A stretch of 64,000 nt of DNA from Nostoc sp. (GCA_036918135.1 JBALDB010000051.1:128001-192000), one strand, 5' to 3'; counted from the stretch's first letter, positions 1-10,540 are shown. Program-made: numbers and translations. Notes: generated by a model not told the origin, from the letters alone.

Positions 1-293
1 GCGGTGGGATGGCGGTCGCAGATGATGCGGCAATAGACGATCAAAGACTAGATCTTTATAGTTTAGAAATTCAACATTGGTGGCAGATTATATTATTACT
101 ACCCTGGATGCGACAAGGGCGGCATATACATTGGCAGACTGTACGCTCGCACCAAGGTCAGGAAATACGTTTGTATACTCACAAACCACGCCCTATTAAT
201 ACAGATGGTGAAATCACTACTTACACCCCTGCCCATTTTCGAGTTATACCTAAAGCTGTAGCTGTTTTAGTACCTTCACAAGTCAAGAGTTAA
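1..293 (+). CDS. YegS/diacylglycerol kinase-family lipid kinase, C-terminal part (5' end outside the window)
   Basis: The frame is open from the window edge. GGMAVADDAAIDD...LDLY and INTDGE...TPAHF motifs match the DAGK/YegS C-terminal domain. Confidence 0.75.
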   Translation, partial: GGMAVADDAAIDDQRLDLYSLEIQHWWQIILLLPWMRQGRHIHWQTVRSHQGQEIRLYTHKPRPINTDGEITTYTPAHFRVIPKAVAVLVPSQVKS

Positions 294-444
294 AAGTTCG
301 GAGTTTAGAGTTTAGAGTTTGGAGTTAAGAATTAGAAATTATTCTCGCTCATCTTCCCTACTCTTGTACAGACGCGTAGACGCTCGAAGAGCGGCTTCTC
401 GTAAGAGTATAATCGCGTCTCTCCCTTAAAAAAAATTACACCAA

Positions 445-1050
445 ATGCATCTGAGATTTTCTCAAGATATAAAGTCCCTGTTACAACGCCTAGCCCAGCA
501 ACCTCTGACTTTAGGTGATGTTTTAGCAGAAACCTCAGAACGAGGATTTAGCCTAGTAATTACATTATTAGTTTTGCCGTTTTTATTTCCCATGCCACCA
601 GGACTAACCGGGCCTTTTGGTGCTGCTTGTTTGTTATTATCTGTGCAAATGCTTTTAGGAAGGCGATCGCCCTGGTTACCAAAAAGAATCGCTAACTACA
701 AATTTCCTCGTGCCTTTGCCCAGTTACTGTTGCAAAACTTGGGTCGTCTCACCAAAGTTTTACAGAAAATCAGCCGTCCCCGATTGGAAAAAATAGCTCG
801 TCATCCTTTGATTTGGCGAATTAATGGGTTTTGTATCTCTTGGTTGACAATATTACTAATATTACCAATTCCCTTGACAAATCCCATTCCCACTATAGGC
901 ATTTTACTTTTGAGTGTTGCCACCATCGAATCTGATGGCTTATTAATCTGTATCGGCTATGTTATTACAGGTATGATTACTTTGCTATTTGGATTTATTG
1001 GTTATGCTCTGTGGTTAGCTCCCAGTTTGCTACCATCCATATTTAAATAA
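445..1050 (+). CDS. exoD: Exopolysaccharide synthesis protein ExoD family
   Basis: 201-aa membrane protein with ERGF, LP..FP.PPG, PWLP and LPIPLTNPIP...ESDG motifs typical of ExoD. Confidence 0.85.
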   Translation: MHLRFSQDIKSLLQRLAQQPLTLGDVLAETSERGFSLVITLLVLPFLFPMPPGLTGPFGAACLLLSVQMLLGRRSPWLPKRIANYKFPRAFAQLLLQNLGRLTKVLQKISRPRLEKIARHPLIWRINGFCISWLTILLILPIPLTNPIPTIGILLLSVATIESDGLLICIGYVITGMITLLFGFIGYALWLAPSLLPSIFK

Positions 1051-1112
1051 AAAAGCCCCAACCTGAAGGCTGAGGGCTGTGACTTATGTGATTTATTAGA
1101 GTGCATCTACCA
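1049..1112 (-). ncRNA. nsiR1: NsiR1-like small RNA, copy 1
   Basis: The minus strand reads TGGTAGATGCAC..., then a GC hairpin and a T-run. A DIF1-like CCCGGA (1142-1147) lies about 30-35 nt upstream. Confidence 0.7.
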
Positions 1113-1271
1113 TTTAATAATCCGCTTTGCTTCTTACTCTATCCGGGCAATTTTAAATTGCTAAAAAAATATATAAAAAACTCTCCTTGTAATTTATAAA
1201 ATAATTGTCAAAGATATACTTACTACATTTAAAGTTAAAATTTCTTTTACCTCAAAAATATTATTAGCAAT

Positions 1272-1325
1272 AAATAAAGCTCCCAAAAGCTGAGAGCTAT
1301 TGAATTTATTAAGGTGCATCTACTA
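1272..1325 (-). ncRNA. nsiR1: NsiR1-like small RNA, copy 2
   Basis: Minus-strand GTAGATGCACC seed and AGCTCTCAGC..GGGAGCT hairpin. CCCGGA at 1355-1360 has the same spacing as in copy 1. Confidence 0.65.
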
Positions 1326-1417
1326 TTTATTAGTCCACTTTAGTTTTTACTCCATCCGGGAAAAATTCAACTGTTAATAAATTTTTTATTTTTTCCAACT
1401 AAAAATTATTAGCAATA

Positions 1418-1473
1418 AATAAAGCCCCCAGCTAAAGGCTGAGGGCTGTGATTTAATTAAGGTGCATCTACTA
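1418..1473 (-). ncRNA. nsiR1: NsiR1-like small RNA, copy 3
   Basis: Minus-strand GTAGATGCACC seed and AGCCCTCAGCC..GCTGGGGGCT hairpin. The upstream motif is degenerate (TCCCGA at 1503-1508). Confidence 0.65.
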
Positions 1474-1759
1474 TTTATATATCCGCTTTAGTTCTCGCTT
1501 AATCGGGAAGAATTAAAAAAAATAGATAGCTGGGGAATTAATTTAGTTATCTATAACTTTAGTACTAACTCAAACAAGATAAACCTACGGTATTTGACTA
1601 GGTAAACATTGCTTATCTTCACAGTAATTTTACAAATACTTTAAATTTACCCAGAATAGACAAAGTTTCCGTTAATATCTCTAAGACGATATCCGCAATA
1701 GTACGAATATAGTTTAGTAGTTGGATATATAACTATAAAGATTAGACTAATCCAACTCG

Positions 1760-2359
1760 ATGAAGCGATGTTTACGACGGGCTATGCCTACGCATTTTGT
1801 CCAAGTTGCCATGATAGTTCTATTTTCTCTTGGTAGCCTTAGTATTGTTGGAGGAAGCTTTTTCCTCAGAAAAGCTTTTAGCAATACTAAAGAATCTGAA
1901 ATCATAACTGATACAAGACGCTATGGAGAAATTCGTAATCAATTGTGGTCTAATAAGGATGAATTAAAACATTTTCCGAATCAGATTCCCACTGATGCTA
2001 AAGATGTTCGCATTGCTTACTCTCCTGGATTTTTACAAGCAGGCAGTTTTTTTCAAATTAGATTGAAACAGCCGCCAGAAAAAATAGCAAAATTACTTTC
2101 ACAATACAGAAATAATGCAAAACATAAATATAGAGGTGGTAGCACAAACGACCATATAAATCAGCCTAATGGTGTGCCGACAACTTTCTTTTACACTAGT
2201 GATTCTCCTACGGAAACTTTTCCAGATACTTATGAAATATTAGTATTAGATACAACAAATAAAGGTAAACAAGGCTTTAAATGGAATCATGGAGACAGCT
2301 ATGGTGTTGCAATTAATAGTTCCGCCTCAGAAATTATCTATTGGGCTGAACAATGGTAG
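1760..2359 (+). CDS. Hypothetical protein with an N-terminal transmembrane/signal segment
   Basis: 199-aa ORF with a hydrophobic N-terminal stretch; no family recognised. Confidence 0.65.
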   Translation: MKRCLRRAMPTHFVQVAMIVLFSLGSLSIVGGSFFLRKAFSNTKESEIITDTRRYGEIRNQLWSNKDELKHFPNQIPTDAKDVRIAYSPGFLQAGSFFQIRLKQPPEKIAKLLSQYRNNAKHKYRGGSTNDHINQPNGVPTTFFYTSDSPTETFPDTYEILVLDTTNKGKQGFKWNHGDSYGVAINSSASEIIYWAEQW

Positions 2360-2473
2360 TTATTACTAAGTGCTAATTTTCCTCTTTTAGGTATATCACT
2401 TTAGATAGTTAAAATTTATATGCACTCTAGGTAATATTTATAATATACTGAAAAAACTATCTCATTATGTAGA

Positions 2474-3250
2474 ATGTCAACTGCTTTAATTACTGGTGCC
2501 TCTAGTGGTATTGGTAAGGCTTTTGCCCAAGAATTAGCTGCACGCAAGGTAAATCTCGTACTCGTTGCTCGTTCGGAAGATAAACTCAATCAATTAGCTA
2601 AAGAACTAAAAGAACAATATAAAATTCAAGTAGACATTATAGTTAAAGACCTTACAGAACCTAACGCTGCTACTGCTATATTTGATATTACAAAAGCTAA
2701 GGGATTAACGATTGACTTATTAATTAATAATGCCGGCTTTGGTTCCTATGGTGACTTTGCCGAATCAGAAGGAGAAAGACAAGTTAAAATCGTACAATTA
2801 AACATTTTGGCATTGGTAGATTTAACCCATAAATTTCTACCCTTGATGCGGCAACGTAGTTCTGGAAGTATTATTAACGTATCCTCAATTACTGGATTTC
2901 AACCGATACCGTACGTTTCTGTTTATGCTGCTAGTAAAGCTTTTATTATCAGCTTTAGTGAAGCACTCTGGGCAGAAAATCACCAACATGGTGTTCGCAT
3001 CTTAGTTACTTGTCCAGGGCCAATAGAAACAAATTTTTTTACAGAAGCTAATTTTCCTCCAGCTTTAGCAGGAAGCACAGAAAAGGTATACTCTTCTGAA
3101 GAAGTAGTCCGTGCATCCCTCAAAGCTTTAGATGAAGGTCAGCCTACAGTTATTATTGGTGATACTACTACTCAAATTAGAAGTATATTAGCTCGATTAG
3201 TACCGCGAAAAATTCTGTTGAATATTTTGGCAAAACGGTTTCAACTCTAA
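2474..3250 (+). CDS. Short-chain dehydrogenase/reductase (SDR)
   Basis: TGASSGIG, NNAGFG and YAASK motifs. Confidence 0.92.
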   Translation: MSTALITGASSGIGKAFAQELAARKVNLVLVARSEDKLNQLAKELKEQYKIQVDIIVKDLTEPNAATAIFDITKAKGLTIDLLINNAGFGSYGDFAESEGERQVKIVQLNILALVDLTHKFLPLMRQRSSGSIINVSSITGFQPIPYVSVYAASKAFIISFSEALWAENHQHGVRILVTCPGPIETNFFTEANFPPALAGSTEKVYSSEEVVRASLKALDEGQPTVIIGDTTTQIRSILARLVPRKILLNILAKRFQL

Positions 3251-3256
3251 GATAGT

Positions 3257-3349
3257 TATAGCTGTAGTTATATAGGTTAGGACATTATAACAAGCGTGAA
3301 TGTCAGGAAGAGTAATGTTTTTACCTCCTGCCCCCTGCCTCCTGCTATA
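3257..3349. mobile_element. Small MITE-like repeat (TATAGC...GCTATA ends)
   Basis: Shares TATAGC.GTAGT.A.ATAGGTTAGGACAT and TTTTACCTCCTGCC..CTGCCTCCTGCTATA with the element at 41790-41896. Confidence 0.55.
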
Positions 3350-3390
3350 TTAGCCATTCTCCTCAAAGTTTACACTTATTGACTCAAAAA

Positions 3391-4170
3391 TCACATATAG
3401 CGGGTTAATTGCACGCGGTAACGGTCTTTTTTAGTAACAGCAATTTCTCCAACTTCTAAACGTCCTTTAGAGCGAATGGCGATTAAGTCGCCTGATTTTA
3501 GTTGAGAACTAGCTTGACTTACTTCTTTCCAATTAACACGCACATCACCAGCATCGATTAAGTCAACCATTTTACTGCGGGACATGCCAAAACCAGCAGA
3601 GGCGATCGCATCTAATCGCAAAGACGCTTCCACAGTAGTTAATTCTTTTTTCTTCGGTTCTCGAATTTTTAATTCAGTAATCTCAATTCGTTGAGTTTTC
3701 ACAGGAACCGATCGCACCTGTTTGAGATTCATTGACAAAAATTCCACCAACTCTGGTGCAACAACCGCTTGCGCTCCTCGTTCTCCCAAAACAATAATAT
3801 CTCCCGTTTTTTCACGAACAATTCCCGTTCCCAGCATTGCGCCTAAGAAGTCGCGGTGAGTGGCGGTATCAAACAAGAAATTACCAGCAATTTCTACTGC
3901 AACTAGGCTGACTTGAGATTGATCTAAAGGTAATTCCGAACGAGCGATCGCAATTCTTTGGCGTTCAGCTTGCGGATATCCACCCCACACAACTAATTGC
4001 ACCTCTGTTAAACGACTAAACACTCGTTGAATTTCCGCTAATTCCGGAGGAGATAAAAAATCTGTTACAACCACTTCCCAAGTTTTAATAGCTTGCTCTG
4101 CTTGGTCAATTACACGAGCTACACTATCTCGATTTTCAACACTCTTTAAAAGTTCTTCTCGTGGCAACAT
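3391..4170 (-). CDS. Photosystem II S4-domain protein (YlmH/Sll1252 family RNA-binding protein)
   Basis: TDFLSP, GGYPQAERQR, HRDFLGA and the S4 motif SLRLDAIASAGFGMSRSK. Confidence 0.9.
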   Translation of the reverse strand: MLPREELLKSVENRDSVARVIDQAEQAIKTWEVVVTDFLSPPELAEIQRVFSRLTEVQLVVWGGYPQAERQRIAIARSELPLDQSQVSLVAVEIAGNFLFDTATHRDFLGAMLGTGIVREKTGDIIVLGERGAQAVVAPELVEFLSMNLKQVRSVPVKTQRIEITELKIREPKKKELTTVEASLRLDAIASAGFGMSRSKMVDLIDAGDVRVNWKEVSQASSQLKSGDLIAIRSKGRLEVGEIAVTKKDRYRVQLTRYM

Positions 4171-4332
4171 TCTGATAAATTATGAATTAGTCATTAATTC
4201 TCTCTTACAAAGTTCTGATGTCTGACGACAAGCCGCCCTTCGGGCGTCTACGGAGGAAACCTCCGCTCAGACTTTGCGCTTAGTCATTAGTTATTTATCT
4301 TTTACTAATGCCCAATGCCCTTTTAGTTAAAA

Positions 4333-4857
4333 CTATCTCGATCCTAACTTTAATTCCCATTTTATAAGGTTTTCATCTCTACTAATTTCTTGCATTCCTA
4401 ATTTTTCGAGAATACGAATTGAGGCAACATGATTATCTGGAGAATGAGAGATAATTCTTGTAAGTTCCGGCTGAGTAAAAGCAAAATTTACTAATGCTTC
4501 TACTGCTTCAAAAGCAAATCCCTGTTGACGATAGGCTGATATCACTTCATAACCCATTTCTGTTGTTCCTTGCTCATTGGGTTTGCCACCGAATCCCAAA
4601 TCACCAATTAGGGTAGAATCAGCGATGTGAATCATCAGCCACACACCCCAACCCAACTGTGAAGGATCGTTTATTAGCGTCTGAGCATAGGTTGGAAAAA
4701 AATCTAGCACCTCAGATGCATACCATTCATCAGGAACGTGTACCCCTAAAAGTCTTTCCACTTCGGATTTGTTTTTTGCGATAACGGCTTGCGCCACTTT
4801 CAATGAACAGGGAAGCAACTCAAGCCGTTGTGTCGTAATATGTAAACTGTGATTCAT
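4333..4857 (-). CDS. GNAT (RimJ/RimL-type) N-acetyltransferase
   Basis: TTQRLEL, EMGYE...YRQQGFAFEA and N.ASIRILEKLGM. Confidence 0.85.
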   Translation of the reverse strand: MNHSLHITTQRLELLPCSLKVAQAVIAKNKSEVERLLGVHVPDEWYASEVLDFFPTYAQTLINDPSQLGWGVWLMIHIADSTLIGDLGFGGKPNEQGTTEMGYEVISAYRQQGFAFEAVEALVNFAFTQPELTRIISHSPDNHVASIRILEKLGMQEISRDENLIKWELKLGSR

Positions 4858-4860
4858 TTG

Positions 4861-5367
4861 CTAGGCGCTATTTGTATCTGCATAACCCTGAATATTTTCT
4901 GGCTCAAATTGTCGTAATATCCTGGTTGCTTGCCGAGTCAGAGTTTCAGAACCTTGAACTGCAATTAAGTATTTACCTTCATCCAAGCGGTTGCGGTAGG
5001 GTAAAGCATCACCACCACCTACGAGTAAACCAACTCCGCCACCGACAAATACACCACCCATAGCACCACTAGCAGCACCTAGTAGTCCTCCAACTATGTG
5101 ATTGCCAACTTCACCCGCCCAGGCAAAAGTATGCAAACCAGTAATCAGGCTAAAGGTAAAACCCGCAAAAAAACCGAATGGTATCAGCCAAGTTGCCATC
5201 AGCCGTGCTTGCTTTTTGGCTTGGTCTTTGGGGTCAATTAAGCCAAACTCGTCAGCAGTTTTATACCCCTTCCCCAGGATAGTACTGTTTATGCCTTCTT
5301 TTTCTAAAGCTAAGTAAGCAGCTTCAGCTTGAATGCGGTCTGGTAATACGGCAACAAGATAATTCAT
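4861..5367 (-). CDS. Conserved cyanobacterial membrane protein
   Basis: 168 aa with two Gly-rich hydrophobic helices; lies directly upstream of the GNAT gene in the same orientation. Confidence 0.75.
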   Translation of the reverse strand: MNYLVAVLPDRIQAEAAYLALEKEGINSTILGKGYKTADEFGLIDPKDQAKKQARLMATWLIPFGFFAGFTFSLITGLHTFAWAGEVGNHIVGGLLGAASGAMGGVFVGGGVGLLVGGGDALPYRNRLDEGKYLIAVQGSETLTRQATRILRQFEPENIQGYADTNSA

Positions 5368-5694
5368 TGATTCTACAATACATGTCTAATAAAAGTTTTG
5401 CCTTAATTAACAGCGTATCAGTCTTGTAGGCAGGAGTCAGAATTACAGCCTTTTATCAGGTAAATGAACTACACAGTAGGGGCTTTAGCATTGTTTATAC
5501 GTGTCAACTTAACGTGAAACTGATGCCCTGTAAAAAACTAAAGTTCAAGGCAGGTGATGAAATCAACAGTTAGGCTATTTCTAGCCTAAGTTGGCTTCAC
5601 AGTCCCCAGCGATGCACTGACTTGTACTGAGCGCAGTCGAAGTAGCTTGTCGTTGGTGCAGTCTCTCGTAGAGAAGTGTCCTCAACCCAACTAA

Positions 5695-6072
5695 TCACTT
5701 TAACAAATCTAGTGGCTCACAAAAATTGTTCACACCTTGCTTGAGGACATAAATTAAAACTGGTGTTGCCAAAATTTTCGGAAACGTAGGCGTCGTTTTG
5801 AGACGTTCCATCATCTTCTGAAGTGACGTGTTAAGCAAATCTTCTCGATATTCTTGTTCGCAAATGACCGCACGCCATTTTCTAGCCAAAGCATCTAACC
5901 ATTCGGAATTTGCTCTTTCTGGTTCTTGTCCTGCACGGATAGCTAGCGTCATCGCTGCATCCTCTAAATCTCCATCACAGTCTTCAATCAAGTCCAGCGC
6001 TTCCATATCGCTGGGATCGTCTGCCAATTGGGAGCGAAACTGTGCAATTTCTTTTGATGTTACTTTAGTCAT
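5695..6072 (-). CDS. Conserved hypothetical protein
   Basis: 125-aa ORF with an ATG start and natural composition (IEDCDGDLEDAA). Confidence 0.7.
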   Translation of the reverse strand: MTKVTSKEIAQFRSQLADDPSDMEALDLIEDCDGDLEDAAMTLAIRAGQEPERANSEWLDALARKWRAVICEQEYREDLLNTSLQKMMERLKTTPTFPKILATPVLIYVLKQGVNNFCEPLDLLK

Positions 6073-6468
6073 GAGTCATTGACAAGGCGAGCGATGCCTA
6101 CGGCGGTAAACTACGAACACTCAGTTATGTTAGTTCAATTTTGACACTTCACATGAAAATCGGGCATTGAGAGTGTAACAGAGGTGGGGTAGTAGGGTGA
6201 ATTCTCTTCCCATCTGTCATTTCCCTACTACCTCTTTTGGCAAAAAGCCTCATTTCCCAGTTAAGTTACTGAAAAATGAGGTTGATTACAGCTTTTTATT
6301 AAAAACCCTACTATATTCTCTGATTTAGTCGAGTTTTGGGTAATTATCACAGGGCAGCTAAATCACACCATCCATTTGAAATGTCTAAAACCTTTACACA
6401 ACGATAATTACGAATTACGTAGCTTGCTTCTGGTCAAAGGCAAGTATTACGAATTACGCAAAGCATCA

Positions 6469-8808
6469 CTAGGGTAGTCCTCTGAGGGTAACAGACCTTT
6501 GCAGTTGAGCTAAAGCACGGTTGTAATCCAAAATTGCTGTGACTCGATTACCTTCAGCTCTTGTTAAGTCGTTTTCAGAGTTAATTACATCAGTTTGAGT
6601 ACCTACACCAGCTTGAAATCGCAAACGCGCTAAACGTAAAGCTTCCCTGGCTTGTTCTAAAGCAGTATTAGAGGTTTGAACATTCTCCAAATTAGATTGC
6701 TGCGTAGAAAAGGCTTGTTCTACTTGAAAGCGAATTTGGTTACGCTGTTCAGCAAATTGAGTTTCTGCGATCGCAATATTAGCTCTCTGTTGAGATGCCC
6801 TCGCTCTTGCGGCTCCTCCATCAAACAAATTTAGGGTTGCTCGAACTCCAAATGAATAACCATCTGTAACACTAACACTATCATCAAACTGATCTAGCAG
6901 GTCATAGGTGGCTACCAAACTAACTTGAGGCCCGAGTTCTGCAAGGGCTTGCCGACGCTGTTGCTCGTTAATATTACGTTGTGCCAACTGTTGTTGCAGT
7001 TCTGGGCGGTTTTGATAAGCTCGCACGATACTATCTTCTAGCGTTAGATCCCAAAGACCAGCTAATTGTACGGGGTCGGCGGCGCTGATATTTATCCCCT
7101 GTGGCAAACTGATTCGAGTAGCCAACTGACGACGAGCAATTGCCTGTTGGGATCTAGCATTAGTTAAGTCTTGTTGGGCATTTGCTAAATTCACCTGAGA
7201 GCGTAGCACGTCAAATCGGGTACCAACTCCAGCTCGCTCTAAAGCTTCTGCATCCCGCAAACTAGCCTCAGAGTTCTGTACAGCCGATAGAGCAATGCGT
7301 ACTTGTTCGTCTGTTTGTTGTAAATTGTAGTAGTCAGTCGTCACATTCAAGCGAATTTCCTCGGACTGAGTTTCTACAGCCAACTCATTAAAACGTAGCT
7401 GTTCTCTAGCGGCCTCTCTACGCGCTTTATTTAACCCAGAGGTATATACATCATAAGACAGTTGCGCTTGGCCAGAAAAATTTGTATTGGCTTGATCTGA
7501 GTTAGAAGGGAAGCCATTTCGCGCGTTTAATTTGTCCTGAAGCTGGGTACTAGCAGACTGACTGCGAGTGATATCCGCACTAATTCCAAGACTGGGCAAT
7601 AAACTAGCTTCCGCCTCTTTGAGGGCATATCGACTACGTTCTAACTCCAATAACGCCACCTGTAAATCCCGATTATTACGCCGTGCTAACTCCAAAGCCT
7701 CTACCAAAGTAATCGGCTGATTTTCCTGGAGTCTCACTTCCTCCGGTTTGGTAGGAAATTGCAAGGGATTTGGATTTTGAATCAAGTTCTCAGGAATTTG
7801 CACCGCGCTTGAGGGCACAGGAGTTATGGTTGTTGGTATGGGAGTTGGTGTCGAACCTGCTGGTACAGGAGTTACACTTCCTGGTAAAGTAGGAGTCGGC
7901 GTTGAACCTGCTGGTGCAGGAGTTACGCTTCCTGGTAAAGTAGTCGGCGTCGTCGAACCTGCTGGTGCAGGAGTTACGCTTCCTGGTACAGTAGGAGTCG
8001 GCGTCAAACCTGCTGGTGCTGGAGTTACGCTTCCTGGTACAGTAAGAGTCGGTGTTGAATCAGTGGGAATTGTGGTATTACTCTGAGCTAGGCGTTTGTC
8101 AACAGCATTTTGTTGTCGGCAGGTGTTTGAGGTCACGAAGGAAGCACCCCATGAGTCAGTTCTACTTCCCAACTCTTGTTGCGGACACCTCTCGGCTGAC
8201 AATAGTTTTGCTGCTCCTCCATTTGTGCCTGAAGTTTGTAAAAATGTCTGCAACTGAGTAACATTATTTATCTTTTGAACTACTGGCTGCGGTGAAGCAG
8301 ACAGGGACAAAATTTCTTTTTGGGCAGAAGCGGGTTTGGAAGTGTAGTCAGGTACTATCTTCTTTAATTTCTGCCAATAGGCGCTTGAATTGCTCTGTTT
8401 TTGATTGCTTTGAACAGAACGTTTAATATCTGGCTGTTGGGAAGAACCAGAGGTAGGTGTTAAACTGAAAAATCTATCTTCATCTTTTTGAGCTACTTGT
8501 TTTATTGGCACATTAGTATTTCCAGCCAGAAAAACTGGAATACTGTTATTACTTAAAGGCTTCACATTAAACTTAGTAAAACCAGGAGCAGCTAATAGGG
8601 TTGGAATAGTAACATCTGCTGTCTTAGGCAATTGCGTATTCATGAAGTCTACAACTAAGGTCTGACCATAGGTAGAAATCAAAACACTTGGAGAAGACGC
8701 CGAGTTTACCCCATTTAGTTTCACAGTATCAGCCCACACAGGCTGAGTTGTTAAGACCGCTGCTGTCACACCAGGCAAGAAGCTATGGAATAATTGCTGT
8801 CCTTTCAC
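6469..8808 (-). CDS. hgdD: TolC-family outer membrane efflux protein (HgdD-like)
   Basis: Two OEP repeats (AGVGTRFDVL, RFQAGVGTQTDV) and a long Pro/Thr-rich N-terminal extension. It lies directly downstream of kaiC, as alr2887 does in Anabaena PCC 7120. Confidence 0.85.
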   Translation of the reverse strand: MKGQQLFHSFLPGVTAAVLTTQPVWADTVKLNGVNSASSPSVLISTYGQTLVVDFMNTQLPKTADVTIPTLLAAPGFTKFNVKPLSNNSIPVFLAGNTNVPIKQVAQKDEDRFFSLTPTSGSSQQPDIKRSVQSNQKQSNSSAYWQKLKKIVPDYTSKPASAQKEILSLSASPQPVVQKINNVTQLQTFLQTSGTNGGAAKLLSAERCPQQELGSRTDSWGASFVTSNTCRQQNAVDKRLAQSNTTIPTDSTPTLTVPGSVTPAPAGLTPTPTVPGSVTPAPAGSTTPTTLPGSVTPAPAGSTPTPTLPGSVTPVPAGSTPTPIPTTITPVPSSAVQIPENLIQNPNPLQFPTKPEEVRLQENQPITLVEALELARRNNRDLQVALLELERSRYALKEAEASLLPSLGISADITRSQSASTQLQDKLNARNGFPSNSDQANTNFSGQAQLSYDVYTSGLNKARREAAREQLRFNELAVETQSEEIRLNVTTDYYNLQQTDEQVRIALSAVQNSEASLRDAEALERAGVGTRFDVLRSQVNLANAQQDLTNARSQQAIARRQLATRISLPQGINISAADPVQLAGLWDLTLEDSIVRAYQNRPELQQQLAQRNINEQQRRQALAELGPQVSLVATYDLLDQFDDSVSVTDGYSFGVRATLNLFDGGAARARASQQRANIAIAETQFAEQRNQIRFQVEQAFSTQQSNLENVQTSNTALEQAREALRLARLRFQAGVGTQTDVINSENDLTRAEGNRVTAILDYNRALAQLQRSVTLRGLP
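7840..8056 (-). repeat. Intragenic 51-bp (17-aa) tandem repeat in hgdD, about 4 copies
   Basis: TPTPTVPGSVTPAPAGS-like unit repeated four times plus a partial copy. Confidence 0.85.
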
Positions 8809-8912
8809 CGCATCCCCTCACACGAAAATCAATCTAGCGGCAGAAAACCTTTCTTCACCACAGAATATAGCACGATACTAAATTTAGAAATGAATATACT
8901 ACGATACTAAAT

Positions 8913-10478
8913 TTAGGATTCGGAACTCTGTTTATCTTCAAAACGTCTGACAATGCGAGAAAGTTCCGCTTTTTCATCGATACTAACGCGAGTAGGAGCA
9001 CCACTAACAATCCGCTCGTAGTTGCGGAATGAATCTTTAATTTCTGGGCCATCAGCAGTGATATTATACTCACGAATGCCTTTATCGTGCCAAGAGCCTC
9101 TCATTTTAAATACGTTAATCGCCCGCGACATTTCTCCACGAATTTCTACGTACTGTAACATCAAAATTGTATCGGTAATCGTGGAAATGTGAGAGTCCGT
9201 AATCGAATGCGATCCCATAAATTGGTCGGTTGTGTTAGTAAAGAAACCGGTGATTTCTTCTTGTTTGGCATAACCAGTAACACCAATCACAAACTGTCGA
9301 AATGTATTATTACTCACTCCTCTGGCTAGTGCTGAGAGTGAGTCAATGGCAATACGAGCTGGTTTAAAAATCGCAATTTCTGATTTAATAATTTGTAAGT
9401 GGTCTTCTAAACCAGTCGATTCTGGATAAGTACAAATTATTTTTAGTAAACCTTGATGTTCTAATTCTTCAAAATCAATTCCCCAAGAGGAAGCATTGCG
9501 AGATAGTTGGGCGCGTGATTCTTCATAAGCAAATAAGATTGCTCGTTCTCCATTGAGACAGCCATCTTGAATAAACTTACTGACTAATAGGGTTTTGCCA
9601 GTACCTGTAGCTCCTGTTGCTAAGATGATTGAATCTTTGAAGAAACCACCACCGCACATTTCATCTAAGGTTTTAACACCAGAAGATACTCTAACATTAG
9701 AAGAACGTTGAGTTAAGCGCATTGCTCCTAGTGGAAAGATGTTGACTCCTTCATTGCTAATTGTGAAGGGATATTCACCTTTCATATGAGTTGTACCGCG
9801 CAATTTGAGAATTTCAGCTGTGCGACGGCGGCGTTCTCCTTCTAAAACGTTGCGAACAATTACGACATTATCGGAAACAAATTCTTCAACTCCGAAAGAG
9901 GCAACAGGGCCATATTCTTCGCTACGTTCAGTTGTAATAATAGTGGTAACACTCAGTAGTTTGAGACGTGCTACCAAGCGAAAAATCTCGCGCCGCACTA
10001 CTCCCATTGCTTCATACTGCTGAAATACTGCTGTGATTGAGTCGATCGCCACTCGTTTTGCTTTATATTTGCGAATGGCATATTGCAAGCGCTCAATCAG
10101 TGCAGAAAGGTCAAAATTACCAACAATATCTTGACCTTCTGGATCGGGAGATGCATCTAAAATAAATAACTTGCCTTCTTCTATTAGGCGTGGCAAATTC
10201 CACCCAAAAATATGAGCATTTTTAATAATATCACTAGGTGATTCTTCAAAGGTAACAAATACTCCTGATTCGTCAAAGTAGGTAATACCGTTATAAAGAA
10301 ACTGAAGAGATAATAAAGTTTTTCCCGTACCTGAGGTGCCGCTAATCAAGGTAGTTCTACCAACAGGTAATCCGCCATGACTAATATCATCAAACCCCTC
10401 AATCATCGTGCGAATTTTTTCTATACCCACAATTAATGGCGGTTTATTCGGTGCGGCTATTTGCTCTTTTTCACTCAT
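8913..10478 (-). CDS. kaiC: Circadian clock protein KaiC
   Basis: Two RecA-like domains (GTSGTGKT, GATGTGKT) and the phosphosite motif SHISTITD. Confidence 0.98.
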   Translation of the reverse strand: MSEKEQIAAPNKPPLIVGIEKIRTMIEGFDDISHGGLPVGRTTLISGTSGTGKTLLSLQFLYNGITYFDESGVFVTFEESPSDIIKNAHIFGWNLPRLIEEGKLFILDASPDPEGQDIVGNFDLSALIERLQYAIRKYKAKRVAIDSITAVFQQYEAMGVVRREIFRLVARLKLLSVTTIITTERSEEYGPVASFGVEEFVSDNVVIVRNVLEGERRRRTAEILKLRGTTHMKGEYPFTISNEGVNIFPLGAMRLTQRSSNVRVSSGVKTLDEMCGGGFFKDSIILATGATGTGKTLLVSKFIQDGCLNGERAILFAYEESRAQLSRNASSWGIDFEELEHQGLLKIICTYPESTGLEDHLQIIKSEIAIFKPARIAIDSLSALARGVSNNTFRQFVIGVTGYAKQEEITGFFTNTTDQFMGSHSITDSHISTITDTILMLQYVEIRGEMSRAINVFKMRGSWHDKGIREYNITADGPEIKDSFRNYERIVSGAPTRVSIDEKAELSRIVRRFEDKQSSES

Positions 10479-10540
10479 GCTTGATAAAAAATAGGTATGG
10501 AATATTTTTTATTACTAATAGGTTGGGTGCAATCTAATGA

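Noticed and set aside
1049..1510. CRISPR-like repeat-spacer array
   Set aside because: Spacing is long and uneven (213 and 148 bp), and each unit has promoter-seed-terminator architecture, which fits sRNA genes.
7826..8261. Antisense ORFs within hgdD, and similar shadow ORFs within kaiC, the kinase, argJ, gatB and the NRPS
   Set aside because: They are fully nested in or antisense to well-supported genes, as expected by chance.
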